A DNA stretch of 46,578 nucleotides from the IMG/VR virus record IMGVR_UViG_3300022670_000061, positions 1 to 46,578 of that record. The stretch is one strand, 5' to 3'. Positions within the stretch are counted from its first letter, which is position 1; each line of letters starts with the position of its first letter. Source of the stretch: a virus. Lineage: Duplodnaviria > Caudoviricetes. Positions 1 through 8,700 of this stretch are shown in pieces. A program made the position numbers and the translations under genes. Under the pieces are notes generated by a model. The model saw nothing but the letters and a program-made list of their open reading frames with translations, ran no database searches and had not been told where the DNA came from.

Positions 1-31
1 TTCAGGTAATGTTGGGGAACCTGTTACCGGA
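1..31. repeat. Terminal overlap with 46548-46578 (circular assembly junction)
   Basis: TTCAGGTAATGTTGGGGAACCTGTTACCGGA is identical at both ends; it lies inside the 69-bp repeat array. Confidence 0.95.
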
Positions 32-439
32 ACTTTGGCTGAAACATTAGACGATATCACTTTAGCCGCTTCAGGTGATGTTGGGGAACCAGTGACAGGA
101 ACTCTAGCTGAAACTCTAGATGATATTACTTTGGCAGCTTCAGGTAATGTCGGAGAACTAGTAACAGGAACTCTAGCTGAGACTCTAGACGATGTCACTT
201 TAGCTGCTTCAGGTAATGTTGGAGAACCAGTAACAGGAACTCTGGCTGAAACTCTAGACGATATCATTTTAGCTGCTTTCGGTATAGTGGGAGAAGTAAC
301 GGCTGATCCAAATGATGTGAGCCTAGATGGGCAGTTCGGTTTTGGTCCAGTAGATTTGATAGGGGATTTAACTTTATCTGATATAAATCTAATATCCACT
401 TTAGATTTATTAGATGTAAACTTAATAGGTGAATTATGA
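1..439 (+). CDS. 3' part of repeat-containing virion fibre-like protein (continues from 45799 across the junction; about 395 aa with 6 repeats)
   Basis: The frame is continuous across the 31-nt overlap; 23-aa repeats GEPVTGTLAETLDDITLAASGNV; the listed TTG start at 35 is an edge artefact. Confidence 0.8.
   Translation, partial: SGNVGEPVTGTLAETLDDITLAASGDVGEPVTGTLAETLDDITLAASGNVGELVTGTLAETLDDVTLAASGNVGEPVTGTLAETLDDIILAAFGIVGEVTADPNDVSLDGQFGFGPVDLIGDLTLSDINLISTLDLLDVNLIGEL
14..289 (+). repeat. 69-bp tandem repeats, copies 3-6 of at least 6
   Basis: Units start at 14, 83, 152 and 221; differences are mostly synonymous. Confidence 0.95.
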
Positions 440-762
440 ATGCTGATGAATTCGGTAATGTCTTAAGATTGAATGTCAATGAAGACATATCCGCTAACGT
501 AAATATATTAGAACTGACCAGTCCAGATCCTGTATATACTAAAAAGAGTATAGGTGTTGTAGATGGGTTATCAGTTGGCACTCAAGACGTAATCACACCA
601 GATGATGGCACGTTTAAAGCAGATGAATATGTGGAGTATACTATAGAACAGGGTGACATATTCATTCCAGGAGTATGGCGGGCGCGGTTGTTTTCTGAAA
701 ACGTAGGGGACGTCACACGCAAAACCACTAAAAATGATATATTTTTTACAGTAGACCCATAA
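436..762 (+). CDS. Small beta-rich virion protein, BppU-N/Ig-like adaptor
   Basis: 108 aa; YTIEQGDIFIPGVWRARL resembles BppU-type domains; ATGA overlap with the upstream gene. Confidence 0.55.
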   Translation: MNADEFGNVLRLNVNEDISANVNILELTSPDPVYTKKSIGVVDGLSVGTQDVITPDDGTFKADEYVEYTIEQGDIFIPGVWRARLFSENVGDVTRKTTKNDIFFTVDP

Positions 763-768
763 ATCAAT

Positions 769-797
769 TTGCATTTAAGGCAAATTCAATTTAATAT
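769..797 (+). promoter_or_regulatory. sigma70-like promoter upstream of the head genes
   Basis: TTGCAT-17 nt-TAATAT in the intergenic gap. Confidence 0.5.
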
Positions 798-824
798 GGT
801 ATCTTAAAATCGGGATTTTAATTT

Positions 825-1976
825 ATGTTTCTAAGCGACAAAATTAACTTAGGCACTAAAAGGATATACAGTGTTGAGGGATTTCTACAAGTCCCTGCAT
901 GTATATCGCGGATAGGGGTTCAAAACTATACCGCTCTTGAAATGGGGTTATCTGATAGAGACCCTAAAGATGTGATACGGGTTTTCCGCCCTGAAGAAGA
1001 AGTATTTGCAGAAGAATCAATGCTGTCTTTCGCGAGTAAACCTGTTACTGATAATCACCCCCCTGAAGCAGTAACCTCCAAAAATTCAAAGAAGTTCACC
1101 GTAGGGCATTCAGTACCTGAAGTGACTCATGATAATAAATTCGTTAATACCACCCTTCATATATTAGATGCTGCCACAATAGCCAAGATAGAAAGCGGCA
1201 AGGTTGAACTATCTAATGGCTATTCAGCGGATATAGATTGGGTATCAGGAATTTCCCCAGAAGGCGAACAGTTTGACGCTATTCAGAGGAATATCAAAGG
1301 CAATCATATCGCGATTGTCGATCGTGGACGTGCGGGACCAACATGTAGTCTGGCCGACAACTCAACTCCAACCAAGGACGCAAACGTTATGAAAATTATC
1401 ATAGACGGGGTCGGGTATGAAATGCCTGATCAATCAGCTGAAGCTGTCGCAAAGCTACAAAAGCGACTATCGGATACTGAAGAAGAAATGAAAAAGAAAG
1501 ATACTGAACACAAAAAAGAAAAGGACCAAGCCGAAGAAGAAAAGAAAAAGAAAGATAAAGAGTTAGAACAGGCCAAGAAGGATACTGAACACGCTAAATC
1601 CAAACTGCCTACTTCTGATGCTCTTTCTAAAATGGTTGCTGATCGTGCTGCACTTATCGGTAAGGTTAATAAGATTGATAAGGATATCACTTGCGATGGC
1701 AAGAGTGATGAAGATATCATGAAGGAAGTTGTATCTTCCAAATTACCAGATCTTAAATTAGATTCTGTATCTGATGATTATATCCGAGCCCGCTTTGATA
1801 CCATTGTAGAAAGTGCTGGCTCCGGTGGCTCCCAACGGGAGTTAGATGATGTTTTCCGTGATAAAGCAAAGGGCGGTAATAAAACTGAAATTAAAGACAC
1901 TCGTCCGGACAGTGTTATTGCTCGTGACGAAATGATGGAAAAAAGCCGAAACGCTTGGAAGAAAGGAACTAAATAA
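825..1976 (+). CDS. Prohead protease/scaffold (DUF2213 family)
   Basis: SRIGVQNY, KPVTDNHP, ELSNGY and NHIAIVDRGRAG motifs; charged coiled-coil C-terminal scaffold. Confidence 0.9.
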   Translation: MFLSDKINLGTKRIYSVEGFLQVPACISRIGVQNYTALEMGLSDRDPKDVIRVFRPEEEVFAEESMLSFASKPVTDNHPPEAVTSKNSKKFTVGHSVPEVTHDNKFVNTTLHILDAATIAKIESGKVELSNGYSADIDWVSGISPEGEQFDAIQRNIKGNHIAIVDRGRAGPTCSLADNSTPTKDANVMKIIIDGVGYEMPDQSAEAVAKLQKRLSDTEEEMKKKDTEHKKEKDQAEEEKKKKDKELEQAKKDTEHAKSKLPTSDALSKMVADRAALIGKVNKIDKDITCDGKSDEDIMKEVVSSKLPDLKLDSVSDDYIRARFDTIVESAGSGGSQRELDDVFRDKAKGGNKTEIKDTRPDSVIARDEMMEKSRNAWKKGTK

Positions 1977-2455
1977 TGGTTGCTCAACTAACTTATGAAC
2001 TAAACCAGCCTCTTGCATATGCTGGTCTCATTTATGCTCAAGCTCCTCATGATATTGTATCCCGTAGTGTTGAAACGGTTGCAGGTATTGAATTCGGGGT
2101 AGCGGTCAGCCGTGGTACTGATAAAGATAATCAAGTTGTTCTTGGCGGTACTGACTTCACTGGTATTACAATTCGTGATCTTAGTCAAGAAGGTGTTGCT
2201 AATACAGGCGCTATTAAGTGGGATGAAACTGAAACAGCGGGTATCCTTCGTGACGGTTATATTTGGGCGGTTTGCCCTTCCGGATGTAATCCAGGAGATT
2301 CTGTGAATTATGTTAACGCTACGGGCGTTCTTGACGCTGGGACCGCTGTTGCAGGCGAGACTCAACTTGATGGTGCTGAATGGGATACAACTGCCTCGGC
2401 TGGTGAATTAGCAGTTATCCGTCTTAACTCTCTTCTTACAACTGCTGGATCATAA
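1976..2455 (+). CDS. Head decoration/cement protein
   Basis: 159 aa, Gly/Ala/Thr-rich, IEFGVAVSRG motif, located between protease and major capsid protein. Confidence 0.8.
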   Translation: MVAQLTYELNQPLAYAGLIYAQAPHDIVSRSVETVAGIEFGVAVSRGTDKDNQVVLGGTDFTGITIRDLSQEGVANTGAIKWDETETAGILRDGYIWAVCPSGCNPGDSVNYVNATGVLDAGTAVAGETQLDGAEWDTTASAGELAVIRLNSLLTTAGS

Positions 2456-2466
2456 AGGAACCTAAC

Positions 2467-3507
2467 ATGAAACATAAATTAAAAAACCATGCTTCCCATC
2501 TAGTTATTGACGGTATGATGGCGTCAGTGGTTATTGATGATAAGACGCTAACTATAGATTCTGTCATCGTGACAGCAATGAATGATAATATCATTGATGC
2601 TGATGGGGCTGTATTCTTTCAGCGCCAACTAGAGCATATCAAAGCCAAAAGTTATGACGTCATATATGCTAACCTTATCGCGCGTACCCTTTTTCCTGTG
2701 TCTAATGATGGCGGTGCTGGTGTTACTAGTATCACCTATCGTACATATGATCAGGCAGGAGCAGCTAAGATTATCAATGCCTATGCAGATGATCTACCTC
2801 GTGCAGATATTGCAGGTCAAGAAACAACCATCCCAGTTCGTTCTGTGGGCATCTCATATGGTTATAACATATCTGAAATTCAATCTGCTCAACTTACAGG
2901 ATTCCCACTTGATCAACGTCGGGCCAATGCTGCTCGTCGTGCTAATGAACAAACGGTCAATGATGTCGCGTTCTTTGGGGATGCTGTCTCTGGCCTTGGC
3001 GGGTTATTTGATAATCCAAATATTCCAACCGGAGCCGTTGTGGATCCAGGATCAGGAACAGAATGGGTTAACAAAACTCCGGATGAAATCTTATTTGATA
3101 TTAACGATCTATTCGCTGATATCTTTGAGACAACTAAGATGGTTGAACGGGGCAACACATTGTTATTGCCTGTCGCTCAGTGGTCATTCATTATGTCTAC
3201 CGCACGGTCAGCAAATAGTGATACTACTATTGCCCAATACATTGTCAACAACAGTCCGTATATAACTAGTATGGAAGATATTATCCCAGTGAATGAATTC
3301 TCGGCGGCTAATAATCCTGAACTATCTACGGATGCTATGATGGCGTATGACCGTAACCCTGACAAGCTTCAACTTGAAATCCCTGTAGAACTTCAATTCC
3401 TGGCTACTCAAATGAAAAACCTTGAGTTTGTTATTCCAGGACATTCACGTCTCGGTGGTCTCAATATCTACTACCCACTTTCACTCGCAATCGCAACAGG
3501 AATTTAA
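2467..3507 (+). CDS. Major capsid protein (DUF2184 family)
   Basis: 346 aa; FFQRQLEHI, NDVAFFGD..GLGGLFDNPN and GGLNIYYP motifs; AAGGA RBS. Confidence 0.92.
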   Translation: MKHKLKNHASHLVIDGMMASVVIDDKTLTIDSVIVTAMNDNIIDADGAVFFQRQLEHIKAKSYDVIYANLIARTLFPVSNDGGAGVTSITYRTYDQAGAAKIINAYADDLPRADIAGQETTIPVRSVGISYGYNISEIQSAQLTGFPLDQRRANAARRANEQTVNDVAFFGDAVSGLGGLFDNPNIPTGAVVDPGSGTEWVNKTPDEILFDINDLFADIFETTKMVERGNTLLLPVAQWSFIMSTARSANSDTTIAQYIVNNSPYITSMEDIIPVNEFSAANNPELSTDAMMAYDRNPDKLQLEIPVELQFLATQMKNLEFVIPGHSRLGGLNIYYPLSLAIATGI

Positions 3508-3509
3508 TT

Positions 3510-3935
3510 ATGGCTGGTATATTAAACAAGACAGCACGTCAATTCAATTTGAAAACGTGTACCAAGAAAGGGCATCGCGCTACCGTGCGCGTTGCTCCAG
3601 GATTCAATATTGTTAATGATGAACATTGGGCTCATTTCAAAGATGACAAATATGTCGCCCAATTGAAAAAAGAAAACAAAATTGATTTCGGAGATCACAT
3701 TGATGATCTTGAACTTGAAAGGGATGCAGATACTGTTTCTAAATCCAAAGTGGTGCCTACTCCTAAGACAGGCCCAGATGCGTTGAAATCTGCTCAGGCC
3801 GAAATTGATCAAATGATCAAAGATGCTAAGGCCACATTAGCGACCGAAGTTAAAGCAGCTAAGGGCGAAGCTAAAAAGATATTAGATGAAGCTAAGGCTG
3901 ATGCCAAGAAGATAAAAGCTGATGCTAAAAAGTAA
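3510..3935 (+). CDS. Capsid-associated hypothetical protein with Lys/Ala-rich helical tail
   Basis: Follows the capsid gene; VAPGFN motif; C-terminal AKKILDEAKADAKKIKADAKK. Confidence 0.7.
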   Translation: MAGILNKTARQFNLKTCTKKGHRATVRVAPGFNIVNDEHWAHFKDDKYVAQLKKENKIDFGDHIDDLELERDADTVSKSKVVPTPKTGPDALKSAQAEIDQMIKDAKATLATEVKAAKGEAKKILDEAKADAKKIKADAKK

Positions 3936-3971
3936 TTTCCTCCCGTTGTCTGTAACAGGATAACAAACTTG

Positions 3972-4000
3972 CCCCCGCTTTAATTAGCGGGGGTCTTCTA
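3972..4000 (+). terminator. Rho-independent terminator after the capsid genes
   Basis: CCCCCGCT-ttaatt-AGCGGGGG hairpin followed by TCTTCT. Confidence 0.75.
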
Positions 4001-4037
4001 TAATTTTAATTATATTATACAAGAACGGGGTTGAAGG

Positions 4038-4322
4038 ATGAGCGGAATGGATGTATCAGAAAAAAGATTATGGAAAACCTTAGATTCTATATCAACACGC
4101 CTAGACACCATTGATGAAAAATTATCAGATATAGTCCGGTTGGAAGAAAAGGTTATATCGTTGAGCAAAGACGTAACTGTCTTGCAAGAGGAAGTTGATT
4201 CTTTAAAAGAAGCAAGGGATGTTACTAAAGGTAGAAATGAGATAATTGCTAAAGTATTCAAATGGGTTATGGGAATAGCTGCGGTGGCTATTACTGTTAT
4301 GTTGACAGGCAAGTGGTCATGA
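4038..4322 (+). CDS. Coiled-coil protein with C-terminal TM helix (XhlA-like architecture)
   Basis: Heptad pattern followed by the hydrophobic segment WVMGIAAVAITVMLTG. Confidence 0.6.
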   Translation: MSGMDVSEKRLWKTLDSISTRLDTIDEKLSDIVRLEEKVISLSKDVTVLQEEVDSLKEARDVTKGRNEIIAKVFKWVMGIAAVAITVMLTGKWS

Positions 4323-4711
4323 TAACTGTAGCAACATTCAGAACTAGATTCCCTGAATTTTCAGATGATATAGAATTCCCTGAAGAAAGGATTCAGCTTT
4401 TCATTGATGATTCTGTTATCCTGTACATGGGGGATGATGAAAATCATTGGAGGGGCAAGTATGATATCGCCCAGTCATATGTGACTGCCCATTTGTTTTC
4501 AGTAGCCACGGGATCAGAAGCTGGCGATGCAAGTTCCAAGGGAGGGCCGATAAGTTCTAAAAGTGCAGGAGGTGTATCTCTAAGTCGTTCTATTTCTGTC
4601 AAAGATCGTTCTGATGGCGATGACTTCTTAATGGCTACTACATACGGACAACAGTTCCTGAGTATTCGTAACAAGTGCTTTGTAGGTGTATTGGTGGCGA
4701 ACCAATTATGA
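4319..4711 (+). CDS. Head-tail adaptor (DUF4054 family)
   Basis: ITVATFRTRFPEF, YVTAHL, SKSAGGVS and TTYGQQF motifs; start moved to ATG 4319 (ATGA overlap). Confidence 0.88.
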   Translation: MITVATFRTRFPEFSDDIEFPEERIQLFIDDSVILYMGDDENHWRGKYDIAQSYVTAHLFSVATGSEAGDASSKGGPISSKSAGGVSLSRSISVKDRSDGDDFLMATTYGQQFLSIRNKCFVGVLVANQL

Positions 4712-5163
4712 AATCAAAAGTAAAAATAATTAAGAAACCTGAAAACGTTATTAAAGAAATTGAACGTTTGAACAAACAGTTTAAAGGCCCGAACTCAGTC
4801 AAAGTGGGATTGCCTAAAGGTAGCAATGATTATCCTGATGGAACGTCTGTGATTATGGTTGGTACTGTTCATGAATTCGGTAGCCCTAAACGGAGTATCC
4901 CCCAACGTAGTTTTCTTCGTTCTACAATTCAGGAAAAGCGACGACCTTATAAACGCATGTTCGCTAAATTGGCTAAACAGATTATAGCAGGTAATAAGAC
5001 TTTGAAAGAGTCATTAGGTCTTGTTGGGTTGCAAGTTCAAAGTGATGTTCAACAGAAGATACGAGATATTAAGTCTCCTCCTCTTAAGCATCGCAAAGGT
5101 AATCCCCTTATAGATACTAGTCATTTACAGCAATCTATAACTTTTCAGATAGGTGATGAGTAA
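4708..5163 (+). CDS. Neck/tail-completion protein
   Basis: VKVGLP, VHEFG, IPQRSFLR and PLIDTSHLQQSI motifs; start at ATG 4708. Confidence 0.82.
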   Translation: MKSKVKIIKKPENVIKEIERLNKQFKGPNSVKVGLPKGSNDYPDGTSVIMVGTVHEFGSPKRSIPQRSFLRSTIQEKRRPYKRMFAKLAKQIIAGNKTLKESLGLVGLQVQSDVQQKIRDIKSPPLKHRKGNPLIDTSHLQQSITFQIGDE

Positions 5164-5519
5164 TGGTTATCAATGTTTCAGAAGCCTTATGTACTGACAC
5201 AGCAGAAACTATAACTGTCACTCGTGTTTCCGAGGGAGGCTTTATAGACGGCTTGTATGTTAAAGGGACTAATTCTACTTTTAAGACGCTGGCAAGTGTT
5301 CAGCAACCTACCCCTAAGCAATTGGAGATATTACCAGAGGGTGAGCGTAACAAAGACAATAGGGTGTTTATATCCAAGAAACCAATACGGACATCTGATG
5401 ACGCTTTAAATCTTCAGGCAGATACGATAAGACACAAAGGCACAGATTATAAAATTGTATTCTCAGCTGACTGGGATTCATATGGCTACACAATGGCGAT
5501 AGGAACTAGAAACCCATGA
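5163..5519 (+). CDS. Head closure (stopper) protein
   Basis: SVQQPTPKQLEILPEGER and DWDSYGY motifs; gene order. Confidence 0.8.
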   Translation: MVINVSEALCTDTAETITVTRVSEGGFIDGLYVKGTNSTFKTLASVQQPTPKQLEILPEGERNKDNRVFISKKPIRTSDDALNLQADTIRHKGTDYKIVFSADWDSYGYTMAIGTRNP

Positions 5520-6052
5520 TATTAGAAGAAATCATAAATAAGCTATTAAGGGATACTGTTAATCTAGTATTGGCTACTTCTAATTTTGCGATTAAATCTA
5601 AGCAAAAAGATGCACCGCGTCCAAGCGGATCATACGCAGATGTCGATTTTATCAATGATACGTCAATAGGATGGGAACAACGGGTATTAGAAAACAATGG
5701 GGGTGATCCTGATCTTACTGAGACTATTTCTGGCAATAGAGAAATAATGATGTCCATAGGGTTTTATAGAGATGATGCGGTAGATAATGCGAGAAAAGTA
5801 CATCTTGGATTTATTCGCGAAAGTGTACAAGATCTATTTCGTTCTGCTAAATTAGGATTAGTTAGAAGATCTGAAGTAAGAGAGATTTCTGAACCGCTTG
5901 AAAGCGGGTTTGAAGAAAGAGCACAATTAGATATTGTGTTGAGTGCTATCGGCACAGATACGGATATTATTCGTTCTATAGAAACTATAGATATAGCGAG
6001 CATATTTGAAAGCCGTGGCTTAATTTATAATTTTAACATAGAGGTACAATAG
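5516..6052 (+). CDS. Tail terminator protein
   Basis: 178 aa directly before the sheath; APRPSGSY and FEERAQLDI motifs. Confidence 0.75.
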   Translation: MILEEIINKLLRDTVNLVLATSNFAIKSKQKDAPRPSGSYADVDFINDTSIGWEQRVLENNGGDPDLTETISGNREIMMSIGFYRDDAVDNARKVHLGFIRESVQDLFRSAKLGLVRRSEVREISEPLESGFEERAQLDIVLSAIGTDTDIIRSIETIDIASIFESRGLIYNFNIEVQ

Positions 6053-6053
6053 G

Positions 6054-7541
6054 ATGTCTATTCCAATTTCCACTGTTGCCAGCGTATCTATCGTTATCGG
6101 TGCAACATTCCCAGCTCGGGCGGGCTTTGGCACTCTCAATATAGTCACTAAGGAAACTGGTGTGATTGGGATTGCCGAACGTATCCGTTCTTATAACAAC
6201 TTAGATGGCGTTGTCGCAGATTGGCCGTCTAATTCAGAAGTGGTTGCAGCGGCGACTGCTTATTTTAGTCAACAGCCTAAACCTACAACACTGAAAGTAT
6301 CAACTCGATATGAAGCGGATCAGTCCGCACAGTTAAGAGGCGGAGGTGTCGTGGATAACGCGGTTAACTTAGCGTTGTTCACACCGATATCTGATGGTTC
6401 TTTTACAATTTCGATTGATGGCGACCCACAAGATATAACAGGTCTAAACTTTACAGTGGATACTGACCTGACTGAAGTGGCTGACGCTATCCAAACCGCG
6501 TTACAAGCTGTAGGATCTGGCGGATATACAGCGGCGACATGTGTACACACTACTGATCGTTTCTTTATAGAGTCAGGCACGACTGGTGTCTCTTCTACAA
6601 TTAGTTTCTTAACTGAGGTGTCACCTGCATCTGGAACAGACATTTCTTCACTATTAGAAATGCGAAGTGGGCAAGGCACGAAGGTAGATGGCATCGCTGG
6701 TGAAACTATTACTGCTTCATTAGATGCTATTCAAAATGTCAATGAAGACTGGTATGGATTATCGTTCACTAAAGAAGTTCGGGACCTTGTTATTATCAAT
6801 GCTGAAAATGCAGTTGACGCCGCCGCCTCATGGAGTGAGGCTCGTGTCAAGGTATTCGTTAACACCTCCAATGATATTGATGTTCTGGATAGTGTCACGA
6901 CTACAGACATTGCTTCTGTGTTGAAAGCTGCTAATTATCGTAGGACAATGACTACCTTTAGTTCTTTTCCTGATCAGTACCCTTCAGCTTCTATTGTAGG
7001 GCGGGCGTTTACTGTTAATTTTGATCAACCTAATAGCACGATCACTCTTAAGTTTAAGCAAATGCCTGGGATTACTGTAGAAGATTTAAGTCAAAATCAG
7101 AAATCAGTTCTAGATTCTAAAAATGCTAATGCCCTAATAGTCATAGGTGCTAGTGATATGTTCGCAGAATCCTTTATGGCTGATGGGGTATTCTTTGATG
7201 AAGTCCATGGCGTGGATTGGTTGACTAATGCTATTGAAACTAATGAGTTTGGTTATTTGTTAACTAGAGCGACAAAAGTACCATACACTAATAAAGGCGT
7301 CGCGGCACTTGAACAGCAACTAATCAAGGCTCTTGATGAAGGGGTTAGGAATGGGCTGTTAGCTCCTGGATTTACTATAGATGGTAGGTTCTTGCCCAAT
7401 GGCTACGAAACGACAGTAATCCCAGTAGAAGATATTAGTGCTTCTAGTAAAACTGCTAGAGATTATCCCGGACTTAGCTTCATAGCTATAGGGGCAGGGG
7501 CAATTCATAGTACACAAATCAACGGCGTATTTGAGCGATAA
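6054..7541 (+). CDS. Contractile tail sheath protein (DUF3383)
   Basis: AYFSQQPKP, ITLKFKQMPGI, FFDEVHGVDWL, KVPYTNKG and GAIH motifs. Confidence 0.93.
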   Translation: MSIPISTVASVSIVIGATFPARAGFGTLNIVTKETGVIGIAERIRSYNNLDGVVADWPSNSEVVAAATAYFSQQPKPTTLKVSTRYEADQSAQLRGGGVVDNAVNLALFTPISDGSFTISIDGDPQDITGLNFTVDTDLTEVADAIQTALQAVGSGGYTAATCVHTTDRFFIESGTTGVSSTISFLTEVSPASGTDISSLLEMRSGQGTKVDGIAGETITASLDAIQNVNEDWYGLSFTKEVRDLVIINAENAVDAAASWSEARVKVFVNTSNDIDVLDSVTTTDIASVLKAANYRRTMTTFSSFPDQYPSASIVGRAFTVNFDQPNSTITLKFKQMPGITVEDLSQNQKSVLDSKNANALIVIGASDMFAESFMADGVFFDEVHGVDWLTNAIETNEFGYLLTRATKVPYTNKGVAALEQQLIKALDEGVRNGLLAPGFTIDGRFLPNGYETTVIPVEDISASSKTARDYPGLSFIAIGAGAIHSTQINGVFER

Positions 7542-7552
7542 GGAGAACTACA

Positions 7553-7975
7553 ATGAAAGAATACAGCTTTTTAGATACCTTACTGCTTGTTAACGGTATT
7601 GAAATCACAGGGTTTGATGAAGGTGATGACGTTATTATATTGGATCGTATAAACGATTCCGCTTCACATAAGGTCGGAACAGATGGTGAAATGAGCGTTT
7701 CAATTAGTGCTGATAGATCTGGTACAGTTACATTCAGGTTAATGCAAACATCTGACTCTAATGCATTTTTGTCAGGGCTTATCAGTGCTCAAGAGAATGG
7801 CATATTTGTTCCTATCTTTGTTCAGTTTAAAGATACAAAAGGAGGCGACCTAGGTTCAGGCACACAAGGCTATATTACCAAGCCCGCCCCTATGACAAGA
7901 GGCACAGCGGTTAATGCTCAGGAATGGGTGTTAACTGTAGAAAGATTAGATCTACTCTATCTCGGGGGATCTTAA
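7553..7975 (+). CDS. Tail tube protein (DUF3277)
   Basis: YSFLD, VGTDGE and SGTVTFRLMQTSDSNAFL motifs; AAGGAG RBS. Confidence 0.9.
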   Translation: MKEYSFLDTLLLVNGIEITGFDEGDDVIILDRINDSASHKVGTDGEMSVSISADRSGTVTFRLMQTSDSNAFLSGLISAQENGIFVPIFVQFKDTKGGDLGSGTQGYITKPAPMTRGTAVNAQEWVLTVERLDLLYLGGS

Positions 7976-7980
7976 TTAGT

Positions 7981-8062
7981 TTCTGAGGGGGGCGTGATGG
8001 CAATATTTATTATCTGACCAGCCGAGATAATAGATGCTCTCCTCAGAATTCATATGGCTGGT
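7981..8062 (+). ncRNA. Putative structured cis-RNA (long hairpin plus loop pseudoknot)
   Basis: 7981-7995 pairs with 8034-8048; 8007-8015 pairs with 8025-8033; loop ACCAGCC (8017-8023) is complementary to GGCTGGT (8056-8062). Confidence 0.5.
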
Positions 8063-8086
8063 AATTGATTAAGACTGGAAATCAAA

Positions 8087-8527
8087 ATGACATGCAATAC
8101 TGAAAGTAAAGTAATAGGAGACCATGAGTATAGTGCTACTCAATGGTCAGCTGAAAAAGCTATGCTAACTAAGTTCAAACTCATCAAAGTGTTTGGGTCT
8201 TCTTTGGCACTACTCGGCGGGGGAGAAACAGATAGCAAGAATGAAAATGAGGGCAAGACTAATGCAGAGTTATTATCCAAAGGTTTAGGGGTTCTATTTG
8301 AAAATAGCTCACCTGAAGAAATTACTTCCCTGATTAAAACATGTGTCCTTGGAACTGCGTGTGATGGTACTAAAATAACAGAATCTTCTTTTACCGAATT
8401 GTTCTCAGGAGATACTCTATTAGAATTATACCAAGTATTCTTTTTTGTTTTAAAGGTTAATTTCGCAAATTTAATGAAAGGCCAGTTGGTAGACAGCCTT
8501 CTGGCCCGAGTAAAGGGAAATCTATAA
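8087..8527 (+). CDS. Tail assembly chaperone (gpG-like)
   Basis: 146 aa between tube and tape measure; ends with the slippery heptamer G GGA AAT. Confidence 0.85.
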   Translation: MTCNTESKVIGDHEYSATQWSAEKAMLTKFKLIKVFGSSLALLGGGETDSKNENEGKTNAELLSKGLGVLFENSSPEEITSLIKTCVLGTACDGTKITESSFTELFSGDTLLELYQVFFFVLKVNFANLMKGQLVDSLLARVKGNL

Positions 8528-8688
8528 ACATGAATGGATTCCCAAATATTATTTCATATTTGCATAGGCCGTTGCTAGTTGACCCGCCGATGTGTTCATT
8601 GAAAGAATTACAAGATGGAACATATTCTATAGAGGACTTGGCTATGATGCATGAGTTACTGGATTTTAAAATAGTATCTAATAAGTAG
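8515..8688 (+). CDS. Tail chaperone frameshift extension (gpT-like, -1 frame; in-frame ATG at 8530)
   Basis: The -1 frame reads GKSINMNGFP..RPLLVDPPMCSLKELQDGTYSIEDLAMMHELLD to TAG 8688; missing from the ORF track. Confidence 0.8.
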   Translation, partial: GKSINMNGFPNIISYLHRPLLVDPPMCSLKELQDGTYSIEDLAMMHELLDFKIVSNK

Positions 8689-8700
8689 AAAGATAAGAAC

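Noticed and set aside
14-289. Tandem repeats as a CRISPR array
   Set aside because: The units are contiguous 69-bp in-frame coding repeats with synonymous variation and no unique spacers.
2654-3265. Long alternative-frame and antisense ORFs (2654-3265, 8457-8984, 17750-18121, 45948-46349 and others)
   Set aside because: They shadow well-supported genes, lack an RBS and show no motifs; 17750-18121 simply mirrors the RPD repeats.
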